NCBI GenBank assembly: GCA_027459525.1
Contig: DAIDIC010000070.1
Coordinates: 1 to 57,495, forward strand
Origin: Ktedonobacteria bacterium
GTDB taxonomy: Bacteria > Chloroflexota > Ktedonobacteria > Ktedonobacterales > JACDGC01
Direction: 5' to 3'
Length of the DNA stretch: 57,495 bases
This document shows positions 48,120-56,870 of the stretch, in pieces (positions within the stretch are counted from its first letter, which is position 1; each line of letters begins with the position of its first letter). The notes beneath the pieces are model-generated. The model saw nothing but the letters and a program-made list of their open reading frames with translations, ran no database searches and was not told where the DNA came from. Both the position numbers and the translations under genes were made by a program.

Positions 48120-49228
48120 AAGAGAAGAAAATGAACAGTTCTATTCAATCATCTTCTATGCATAAAAAAAAGCTAAGAGTTTTAGTTGTTACAGCAGCGT
48201 ATCCCGAAAAAGGAAGTAGCGCCGGCGCATTTTTAGAACGCGAAGTTGTAGGGTTGCGCAGAGAAGGTATTGATGTAACTGTTTTACACTTGAAAGGCAA
48301 ACTAAAATACATCACTGGGGCAATGAAAGTATTTGCAGCGTCTTTTTCTCGAAAATATGATATTATTCATGGCCATTATGTTTTTTGCGGCGTAGTGGCG
48401 CGCTGCCAATTTCTTAAGCCGGTGGTTATTTCAATTTGGGGGGCAGAGTTATTAACTAATCCTGATGTGCCAGATACATTATCACGCAAAATAGGCCGAG
48501 CTATAACACCGACTATGGCTAGAATAGTCGATTGGAATACTGTCCCTATTTTTTCTATGACCAAGTTATTACCCGGATCCAGTGTTCGGGTTGTTACTCA
48601 AGGAATTGATTTTACTTCTTTTTATCCGATTCCACAATTAGAAGCAAGAAAAAAGCTGGGCTTAGATCTGAACCTTAACCATCGATATATTTTATTTTGC
48701 ACAGATCCTAAACGCCCGCAAAAAGGTTTTCCCATTGCAGAAGCTGCAGTGGCTCAATTGCGCCAAGAAGGTATGGATGTTGAGTTGTTGGTAGTGAATA
48801 ATCTACCTCAAGCAACATTGTTGTTATATTATAACGCCGGTGATATTCTTGTTGTGCCATCCTATTGGGAATCTGGGCCATATGTAGTTAAAGAAGCTAT
48901 GGCTTGCAATTTGCCGGTTATTGCTACAGATGTGGGTGATGTTCGCGATGTTGTACAAAAAACCTTTGGTTGCGTGATTGCTGAAAGAAACCCCGAAGCT
49001 TTTGCCGCCGCAATTAAACAAACTTTATTATCTGTTCGCAAAACAACAGGGCGGCAAGATATTGCTCATTTAACCTATCGCAATTTTATTGAAAAAGTTA
49101 CATCGGTATATATTGATGTGCTGAAACGCCGAAAAAAAATCACCTCAATTGATGATTTAGCTATTACTCGGCTGGAAGATGATTCAAGTAATGTTGATAT
49201 TACGGTGAAACATCCTACTGTTTCATAG
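48116..49228 (+). CDS. Glycosyltransferase family 4
   Basis: IIHGHY, QKGF, PSYWESGPYVVKEAMACNLPVIATDVGD (E-x7-E). Confidence 0.9.
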   Translation: MKEKKMNSSIQSSSMHKKKLRVLVVTAAYPEKGSSAGAFLEREVVGLRREGIDVTVLHLKGKLKYITGAMKVFAASFSRKYDIIHGHYVFCGVVARCQFLKPVVISIWGAELLTNPDVPDTLSRKIGRAITPTMARIVDWNTVPIFSMTKLLPGSSVRVVTQGIDFTSFYPIPQLEARKKLGLDLNLNHRYILFCTDPKRPQKGFPIAEAAVAQLRQEGMDVELLVVNNLPQATLLLYYNAGDILVVPSYWESGPYVVKEAMACNLPVIATDVGDVRDVVQKTFGCVIAERNPEAFAAAIKQTLLSVRKTTGRQDIAHLTYRNFIEKVTSVYIDVLKRRKKITSIDDLAITRLEDDSSNVDITVKHPTVS

Positions 49229-49230
49229 CG

Positions 49231-50328
49231 TTAGGCCCCATATCCGGTCAGTTCGGTATATCCATATCCCGGAATCGTTGCGCCGTGTATTTCAGCGCTT
49301 ACTTGACAGTCACCTTCCCAATAAATATTTCCTGTTGTTTGTGTTGTTATCAATTCTTGATTTGCTAATATAGGCGATATGGTTATAACAATCCCGCCTA
49401 ATTGCAGTTTCCATCCCGAGGGATAGGTTATTCCCGTTTGCGGACTTTTCCATGTCCCTAAAATTTGTTCTTTAATAGCAGCTTCCGGGATTGTTGAGGA
49501 TACTCCTTGCGCGTTGATGGCTGTGCTAAATAGTGATACGGGGGAGCCACTCGCGTTTCGAATAACATAAATCATATATTCGGTATTATTGCTTAATTGA
49601 ACACTAAACCAATTCCAGCCGATTCCACCAACTCCGATAAAATTGCCCCACTGATGATCCATCCAAGCCAGCCCTGTAATAGGTATGGCAGCGCCATTAT
49701 CGATGATAGTTCCGCTTAATATTAATCGCGTGTAAGAATAGTAATAAGAAAAACCGGCGGCGCCATATGTTAAAAGCCCTCCATTATGCAACGCCGGCGG
49801 CTTAACGCTTGCCAGTGATACTTGCAAGGTATATCCGGACATAGAGGCGCCAAGAGTGTCTTTTCCGTTCACGCCATTCATAAACCAGTCGCCGATTTTT
49901 AAATGGAATCCATCTGCGGAGGTTCCATTAGGAATACTGGCGTTTGGCTCTATCTGCAGTTGCTGTAAATAGTGAAATTGCTTCTTGTTTATATCTGTAA
50001 TTGCAAAATGTCCGATATATGTCGGAGGAACAAATCCGCGCAAAACTTGAAAAAATGTCAGCTCAAATCCATAGGACCGTGTAACGCCGGCAGCGTCCTT
50101 TCCTGAAAAATGTCCCGTGAAATACCACCATTCTGTTAAATCGCGGTGCGGCGCTTCATCCCATGGCAAATGAATTGGCGGCAGCGCTGTTGCTGTGGCA
50201 GTGGGCTGCGCTGCGGGCAGCGATTTTCCTTGCGCAATAACACCGGGTACGCCACAAGATGTCAGTAAAATCAAGAGAATCATCGGTAATGTTAATTGAG
50301 CGCCACGCAGCCATTTTTTCATTGTCAA
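49231..50328 (-). CDS. AttH/CrtC-like lipocalin-fold lipoprotein
   Basis: Lipobox LTSC; H-x4-EWWYFTG, SYYYS, AWMDHQWG, GWNWF, YPSGW, YWEG, GYTELTGY. Confidence 0.85.
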   Translation of the reverse strand: MTMKKWLRGAQLTLPMILLILLTSCGVPGVIAQGKSLPAAQPTATATALPPIHLPWDEAPHRDLTEWWYFTGHFSGKDAAGVTRSYGFELTFFQVLRGFVPPTYIGHFAITDINKKQFHYLQQLQIEPNASIPNGTSADGFHLKIGDWFMNGVNGKDTLGASMSGYTLQVSLASVKPPALHNGGLLTYGAAGFSYYYSYTRLILSGTIIDNGAAIPITGLAWMDHQWGNFIGVGGIGWNWFSVQLSNNTEYMIYVIRNASGSPVSLFSTAINAQGVSSTIPEAAIKEQILGTWKSPQTGITYPSGWKLQLGGIVITISPILANQELITTQTTGNIYWEGDCQVSAEIHGATIPGYGYTELTGYGA

Positions 50329-50596
50329 GTACTGATTTCCATTTATATCATAAAGTTATGCAGCCAAACTGTCCTACTACAAATATAGCAAAAAATAAAA
50401 AACAATTGCATTTATTTTTCCTCACAATAGCATAAACTCCCATCGCAGCAAATACGATTAAGAATATATGTTCAAATGAAAAACCCTTCAGAATATTGCG
50501 CCATATGCCGATAGATATGGATGTATGAGAATACATATGTTTTAAAATTTTCGCATACGTACATATCATAGCGGAATAAGGGATGGAGATCGGATC

Positions 50597-51928
50597 ATGA
50601 GGAAGGACGGAATCTCACAGCAAAGACAGCTGGATGTTGATAAGTATTTAAAGAAACGTTCTGCTATAGCTTTACGCGAGCATCCGTATCCGCGTTATAG
50701 CGCCGCCGCAGAACAAGAATCACTGTTTTCGTTAAAAGTGTTTAAAAAGAATTCTCCATTATTCATACCCGTGCTGCTTGGCGGATCGATGTTTCTGCTA
50801 TTGGTTTTGCTTGCGGTAAAAGGCGGACAAATATTAAACGGCCGCATGAATATTGGTGTGCTGGGTCCTGCGGCGTTAGTGTTTATTGCAATTGGTGTGG
50901 TTTTAAGCGCCGCCTTGTATTATGCGCCAAACGACGCTATATGGTCCATTGCCGCATTAGCCGGAGCAATGTGCTATATGGCCGTTTCTGGTTGGGTAAT
51001 ATTCGGATTTTGGCCAACTTTTTTATTTTCGATTGGGTGCAGTGTACTTATTATCATTGTCATTCGGCTTATGACCTATCCGGTAATGGAAAATTCTGCC
51101 CATGTTATGGTTTTATTTGGAAAATATTACCGCACGCTGGAACCCGGTTTGCATATTCGGGTACCGGGTGAACATATTTGGGCTATTGTGCCAACTCACG
51201 ATATGGTGCTGGATATTACCATGCGCGAAGTCGTAACCAGAGACACAAAGCAGATAGATTTTACTCTGCATGCGCTGTATCATATTGCGCCGCAGCAGGC
51301 CAATAATCTGCTAAAATTAAATGAACCTTGGAAAGAATATATACAGGCAACGGCAGAACGTATTTGCCGTGATTTGATAAATGATTATAATTCCACAGAG
51401 TTATGTGATGATGAAGCAGAGCAATTTGGCTCTGTCGCGACAGAATCCATCTCCATGTATATGCGCAGCAAACTGCAATATGAAGTTGGCCGATGGGGTA
51501 TTGTTGTTACGCAAACACGACTGACTGCGTTTGCCGAAAGCCGCCGGCAAATTATATCAGCCACCTATTCCGCACAGCAAGAAACCGTTGACGGTGATAT
51601 GCTGGCGGATCTGCGCGCCGATGTTATGCAGCCGCTGCAAACTGGCTTGGCGCACTCCATGTTTCCGCTGCCCGGCGCTATGAAATCTGCCTCTTTGTTG
51701 TCACCCGAAGCGCTGGCCGAAGCGTATAATGCAGTTCGCATGCGCCGCGTAACGAACCCAAAGGTAATCCGCGAAATAGCATTGGCGTTTAATACTGCCG
51801 CCAATGACTCAGTTATGAATCCTCTGTTACCATTTAACGCTGCCGAAGCGGAAATAAATTTGCTGCAACTTGCAGATAATTACGAGAAGGAGTACAATAA
51901 TAGGATGAATAAATCCAGCGCAAGTTGA
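50597..51928 (+). CDS. Membrane protein with SPFH (band 7) domain and helical C-terminal extension
   Basis: Four to five N-terminal TM helices, then VMVLFGKYYRTLEPGLHIRVP, VVTRD, RWGIVV. Confidence 0.78.
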   Translation: MRKDGISQQRQLDVDKYLKKRSAIALREHPYPRYSAAAEQESLFSLKVFKKNSPLFIPVLLGGSMFLLLVLLAVKGGQILNGRMNIGVLGPAALVFIAIGVVLSAALYYAPNDAIWSIAALAGAMCYMAVSGWVIFGFWPTFLFSIGCSVLIIIVIRLMTYPVMENSAHVMVLFGKYYRTLEPGLHIRVPGEHIWAIVPTHDMVLDITMREVVTRDTKQIDFTLHALYHIAPQQANNLLKLNEPWKEYIQATAERICRDLINDYNSTELCDDEAEQFGSVATESISMYMRSKLQYEVGRWGIVVTQTRLTAFAESRRQIISATYSAQQETVDGDMLADLRADVMQPLQTGLAHSMFPLPGAMKSASLLSPEALAEAYNAVRMRRVTNPKVIREIALAFNTAANDSVMNPLLPFNAAEAEINLLQLADNYEKEYNNRMNKSSAS

Positions 51929-51955
51929 GTCTTGTAAATAAGGTTTTCAAAGCTT

Positions 51956-52618
51956 ATGGCATCATCGGTAAAAGTCATTGCTTTAACGCAGTTAAATCGT
52001 GGTCAGGGAGTGAGCACCGCTGCATTCTTCTTGGGAAAATCGCTCACAGATCAGCGGGCGCCTGTATTACTTACAGATCTTATCAGAAACAATACCACTT
52101 TACATCGGCTAAAAGATTCTTTTGGCATGCGCGGCATGGTTCTGTGGACGCCTCGCGCCAATCAGGCGCGTAATTTTGGGCAGATGGTTGCCAGCGCGCG
52201 CATTGAGGTAGAAGGCCGCGCAACGTGTATTTTATTAGATGTAGATCATACATTTTTAGAGCGGCAGCAATTAGAACGTTCACGGGTAGATGTTGATTAT
52301 CTGCTCATCTTTTCTGGGCCGACAGAACAAGATGAACGCAACGTAGATTATTATGCGCAGAAATTTGAAACGTTGATTCAGCGGAGAAGAATTGGTATAG
52401 TGTTTTCTAAGGTTGACCCCGCAGATCGAAATATTTTGCCGCAGCAAACACGAACGTTAAATTTGCCGGCAATTGGGGCGCTGCCGGCGGATTATTTCTT
52501 GGCTGGCGTCAACGATTTTGGTTATTCAGATGGCAGGCTGAGCGCATTATATCAAACAGAAATCATGACAATGGCAAGATCGCTGATTCAATTGGTTCCC
52601 ATACCCAGAAGATCATAA
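51956..52618 (+). CDS. Degenerate ParA/MinD/CpaE-like P-loop protein
   Basis: KVIALTQLNRGQGVSTAAFFLG (deviant Walker A without Lys), VLLTD, ILLDV, GIVFSKV, IGALPAD. Confidence 0.62.
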   Translation: MASSVKVIALTQLNRGQGVSTAAFFLGKSLTDQRAPVLLTDLIRNNTTLHRLKDSFGMRGMVLWTPRANQARNFGQMVASARIEVEGRATCILLDVDHTFLERQQLERSRVDVDYLLIFSGPTEQDERNVDYYAQKFETLIQRRRIGIVFSKVDPADRNILPQQTRTLNLPAIGALPADYFLAGVNDFGYSDGRLSALYQTEIMTMARSLIQLVPIPRRS

Positions 52619-52759
52619 ATATCCTAGTTTCATCATAATATTTTCCGATTAAGAGATATATGGTATACTTTACCTGATACCAGCCGGTTAGCCTTACGCT
52701 TTTTTAGCTGTTCTGCGTATTAGGATTAGCCGAGATGTTGAAACACAGAGATATAAAGT

Positions 52760-54085
52760 ATGCGCCAAAATCTTTCTCCCGCTTCCCTAAAAACAAATGC
52801 AGCTGGGCCAATGGTGCTTTTGTTTGAACGCAACGACACAACCGCTGCTGCGATTTTGGCTCGGCTGCGCACCGAAGGGTATGATGTGCGCGCCGCAAGA
52901 ATACCGGTTGAAGTTTTTCATACCTTGCAAAACGATCCTATTGACCTTATTGTTGTAGACCTTGCAAACGCAGCCGCCAATAGGCGTGAATTTTGGGTTG
53001 GCATAGATTCGCATCGTCATGCGCGCGATTTTCAAATTGTTACGTTTCGGTATGACCCAACACGAATTACTTCTAACTTAGAAGATGGCTTGCGTATGGC
53101 GCGCGCAGATATTGAGATAACCAGCCCCAATGAATTTGAAACACTTATTGCCTTAATTCGCTCTAAGCTCCCCGACGCTGCTCCGATCCCCATGTGGACA
53201 GATGGCCCGCCAGCAAATTTATCGCTGCCGCTGCCAAAGCAACGCCAATCACTGCCGCCATTTGAAGCGCCGTCTGTGCAAAACTGGACGCCATTAACCA
53301 TCCGCGCCAGCTCGGAAGATTTGTTTAATGAAAGTTCCGGTGATTCTTCTCCGTTTGCTCAGCCGCTCAGCGAAAATCCTTTTAAACGAAATCCCAAATC
53401 CGGCGGGCCGCCACCGATTGTTTCATCACTGCCACCGGAACAGTTTTCCGAAAGGCGGCGCAGTTCAAAAGAACCGCCACCGCACGCACATGTGTCGCAA
53501 TCACAAGATTTGTTTGCTGAGGCGTTTGCGCCAAAACCCAAGCCAAAAGCCACGCCGCGTTCACAACCTGCTCAGCAAATATCAATTGATGACGCTTGGG
53601 AACCGCCGGCGCCAAAGCCCAAACCCGGGTTTGCTTACCGCGGATATAACGGCGCTGCGATTGCTCCGGACGATCCACGGATGGAAAGTCAAACAACTCC
53701 CATACCGGTAATTCGCAGTGAAGATCTACAACCTCGTGACCATATAAACGATCGCGCGCTTAGCTCATTTTTAATGGATAGCGCTGTTGTGGCGCCACAA
53801 AAATTAGATGCGCTCCGCGCTATTCAGCAGACGCTGCAAAGTGTGGGCATGGAATTTTCTGTAACCGATTTGGCCATGTTGTTTAAATTTTTGACGCCGG
53901 ATCAATTATTGGCGGCGCTGCTGGTTAGCAGAGATTTAGTAACCGCCGATGAGATCGCGTCTCTTGGCAGGATAAAACAAGAACTATCCGCCGCCGGTAA
54001 AGATTATGATTTGGCTTCGCTTTTAGTTATGTTTGATGTGCTTTCTGAAGATCAGGTTGAATTGCTAAAATCCGAATTATTTTAA
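52760..54085 (+). CDS. Atypical receiver domain + long Pro-rich linker + C-terminal MshEN-like helical repeats
   Basis: LRTEGYDV...IDLIVVDL receiver core. C-terminal repeats LMDSAVVAPQKL, LAMLFKFLTPDQL, LLVSRDLVTADEI, LLVMFDVLSEDQV. Confidence 0.55.
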   Translation: MRQNLSPASLKTNAAGPMVLLFERNDTTAAAILARLRTEGYDVRAARIPVEVFHTLQNDPIDLIVVDLANAAANRREFWVGIDSHRHARDFQIVTFRYDPTRITSNLEDGLRMARADIEITSPNEFETLIALIRSKLPDAAPIPMWTDGPPANLSLPLPKQRQSLPPFEAPSVQNWTPLTIRASSEDLFNESSGDSSPFAQPLSENPFKRNPKSGGPPPIVSSLPPEQFSERRRSSKEPPPHAHVSQSQDLFAEAFAPKPKPKATPRSQPAQQISIDDAWEPPAPKPKPGFAYRGYNGAAIAPDDPRMESQTTPIPVIRSEDLQPRDHINDRALSSFLMDSAVVAPQKLDALRAIQQTLQSVGMEFSVTDLAMLFKFLTPDQLLAALLVSRDLVTADEIASLGRIKQELSAAGKDYDLASLLVMFDVLSEDQVELLKSELF

Positions 54086-54336
54086 AAATCAATACCACGT
54101 AACACCAAGCGGCGCGCGGCAGGCGCAAAATGGAGGGCTAGGCGCGTTGCGCTGATGCGCGCCTTTGGCAGAATAGTTTCTTTTAGCGACAATAGAAGAT
54201 ACCAACGGGTCTTTTTTAGAGGAAATTTTTCAGCATGTGTATCATGGAAACAGAGAGTGATTGTGTTTTCAGCGGGATGAAGGATTCACCCGAACACATC
54301 GCTACGTAAGGAAATGTATAAAGAAGGGGCCGCGAT

Positions 54337-56103
54337 ATGCATCGCCATCCGATACAAAATAACCCAAATATGCAAGATCATGGACCGCAAATTTCTGAAG
54401 AAATACCTAGTTATTCACTTAGCCCAACATTGCATTTATCATATCCACCTCAAGATGTTTCATTTCATACAGAAGATTGGGTCAGCAAACAAAATTTTGG
54501 AGACGCTGTTCCCGATGCGATAGAAAATATCTCTAAAGATCAATCGTTTCATAAAGACCAATCGTTTCACGATGAGCAGCAGTCGTTTCATTCTGAACCG
54601 ATAGACACATGGCCAAGCCGGAATCCCCAAGAACAAGGATATTGGGAAGAAAACCCAACACATGATACTGCCGCCGGAAACAGTGATTTTCTGGTTTTTG
54701 AGCCTCCACCGCCGAGTGGAGCGCCCGGATATCAAGAAGCGGTAACATTTTTTCAAAAAGAAGTAGATATTGATATCACGCAGAATCCATTTGAAAGCTC
54801 GGCGCCGCAACAAGGGCCAACGATGAATACATCGCAAAACCCACCGCTGCAATTCCCCGAAGACGCACAGATAGCCAAAGCTGTAAATATCGCCATGCAA
54901 ATTGAAGAGCTTTATCACAGCCAAAATTTGGATATTCCGATTGAGCGCACACCGGAAACAATCGAAATTATCAGAAACCTAGCCATGCAAATTGCGCCAA
55001 ATGAATTAACGCAAGATTCATTTGTAAAAGTGGCTGAAAATGAAAAAATTATTAGTTTGGTTGTTGATGAAGTGCTCGGCGCCGGCCCGCTGGAGCCGTT
55101 GCTGCGCGATGATTCGGTCAGCGAAATTATGGTCATTGGCCCGCATATGACGTATGTAGAACAAGGCGGCAGTTTATATGAAGTTCCGGTCCATTTTTTA
55201 GATGAATCACACCTTATGCATGTGCTGTTTAAACTTATTGTCCCGTCCGGTGGAACACTTTCGCGGCAAAATCCAATTTTTGACGGCCAGTTAGCCGACG
55301 GATCGCGCATCAATGTCGTTATTCCGCCAAACGCAGTTTCTGGGCCAACCCTCACTATCCGCCGTCCCATCAAGCGGATGTTTGCGCTGGAACAACTGGT
55401 GCGCAATGATATGATGTCGCTGCACATTGCAGATTTTTTAAAAGAATGTGTTGCGGAAAATATTAATATCATCATTTCTGGCTCACCCGGTTCCGGTAAA
55501 ACCACCTTACTAAACGCATTGGCCAACACTATTGATGAAAATGACAGAATTGTGCTTATTGAAGAGCTGGCAGAATTGCAGCTTAGGCAGCGGCACGCCG
55601 CGCGTTTCGAAGCTGCTTCGGTGCGCCCTCCGGGTTCCACCGGCGCTTATATTACCACCGGCGAATTAATTTATAACACATTGCGGCTTAGCCCTCAGCG
55701 TATTATTTTAGGTGAACTTCGTCCTATAGACGCTTTCGGATTTATTCAGGCGCTGCATTGCGGCCATAATGGCTCGATGACAACATTGCAAGCGCATTCT
55801 ATTCAAGACGCGCTGAATCGGCTGGAATCTTTAGTCTCTGCTTCGGCAGGATCGGCTACTCCCAACGCTATTCGCAGACAAATTGCTTCCGGTGTGGATG
55901 TGCTTGTGCAATGCGCGCGATTGCGGGACGGTTCTCGCCGTATCATTTCTATTACCGAAGTGGTTGGCGCGGATGATTCTTCGATTGAAGCGCATGAATT
56001 ATTTACATTTCGCGAAATTGGTTTCGATCTGAACACCGGCCGTATTAAAGGTGATTTTGCTGCAACAAACATTAAACCTACATTCCGGCAAAACGGTTTT
56101 TAG
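54337..56103 (+). CDS. cpaF: CpaF/TadA-family secretion ATPase, divergent, with long disordered N-terminus
   Basis: GAGPLEPLLRDDSVSEIMV, LADGSRINVVIPP, GSPGSGKTTLL, IILGE, GHNGSMTTL. Confidence 0.88.
   Translation: MHRHPIQNNPNMQDHGPQISEEIPSYSLSPTLHLSYPPQDVSFHTEDWVSKQNFGDAVPDAIENISKDQSFHKDQSFHDEQQSFHSEPIDTWPSRNPQEQGYWEENPTHDTAAGNSDFLVFEPPPPSGAPGYQEAVTFFQKEVDIDITQNPFESSAPQQGPTMNTSQNPPLQFPEDAQIAKAVNIAMQIEELYHSQNLDIPIERTPETIEIIRNLAMQIAPNELTQDSFVKVAENEKIISLVVDEVLGAGPLEPLLRDDSVSEIMVIGPHMTYVEQGGSLYEVPVHFLDESHLMHVLFKLIVPSGGTLSRQNPIFDGQLADGSRINVVIPPNAVSGPTLTIRRPIKRMFALEQLVRNDMMSLHIADFLKECVAENINIIISGSPGSGKTTLLNALANTIDENDRIVLIEELAELQLRQRHAARFEAASVRPPGSTGAYITTGELIYNTLRLSPQRIILGELRPIDAFGFIQALHCGHNGSMTTLQAHSIQDALNRLESLVSASAGSATPNAIRRQIASGVDVLVQCARLRDGSRRIISITEVVGADDSSIEAHELFTFREIGFDLNTGRIKGDFAATNIKPTFRQNGF
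54535..54591 (+). repeat. In-frame 18-21-bp tandem repeat (KDQSFH x2 + DEQQSFH)
   Basis: aaagatcaatcgtttcat aaagaccaatcgtttcac gatgagcagcagtcgtttcat. Confidence 0.85.
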
Positions 56104-56302
56104 TGCGCTTCTTACTTTCATACACAATAACGTTTGGCGTTTTGATAACTTTTTCAAGCTGCGTGGCAAGCACGCGGCTTTTTTTATTTCCTCCGACTGA
56201 GGATGTATTTTTTATCGCTATGCGCCGATCTGCATAATAGGCATGTTTTTTGATATAATACACATGTGCGAATAATATCATACGTAAAGAGGCGCCGGAA
56301 AG

Positions 56303-56539
56303 ATGACACAGTTTAGTTCCGCTTTATTTTGGATTTTGTTTTTCAGCATACTGCTGTTCACTGGTTTCAGCGGTTTTTTGTTTCTGCAAACAATGAATCG
56401 GCTTAAAAACCGTGTTTCTATCCCAACACGGCAGCGGCGAAATCCTGCGGCTATTTTGCAATTGCGCTATCAAAAAGGTGAAATTACTGCCGCTGAATAT
56501 AAATTGGCGCTCAAAGAATTACAGGAAAATTGCAAATAA
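56303..56539 (+). CDS. Small single-TM SHOCT-domain protein
   Basis: N-terminal TM; C-terminal ILQLRYQKGEITAAEY. Confidence 0.82.
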   Translation: MTQFSSALFWILFFSILLFTGFSGFLFLQTMNRLKNRVSIPTRQRRNPAAILQLRYQKGEITAAEYKLALKELQENCK

Positions 56540-56870
56540 ATTTTACCTCGCAAACTGCGCCGTCTGGCTTTGTTTAATGGTTTGAACCCATCGGCGCTTT
56601 AGTTTTCCCCTGTTAAGGTTAACCTATGCAGCTGTGTTTGCATTCCATGAATAATTTGCGTTATCTTGAGAGATTTTTGACGCTTTGGGACATTTGTTTT
56701 TCGTTAAAAAATTTAATTTTCTAGAGCTTTTGCTTGAAAGAAAAGCGCAATTTTTCCTATATCTGCATGAGGGACACTCCATAGTATCCTTTAGTATGGA
56801 CAAATATACCCAAGGTCAGGTTCGCCTTATTGAAGGGCAGGCTGACTACAACAGCCACTACGCGCTGGCC

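Noticed and set aside
49231-50328. Carotenoid 1,2-hydratase (crtC) assignment
   Set aside because: The protein has a lipoprotein signal and no crt genes nearby; only the fold-level AttH/CrtC-like call is supportable.
50348-50569. 73-aa hydrophobic ORF between the AttH-like and SPFH genes
   Set aside because: AT-rich divergent promoter region with no clear RBS or family motif; hydrophobicity is expected from T-rich sequence. It cannot be fully excluded.
54090-54336. c-di-GMP riboswitch upstream of cpaF
   Set aside because: Only a simple aggcgcg/cgcgcct hairpin is visible; I cannot find the GEMM-I or GEMM-II consensus.
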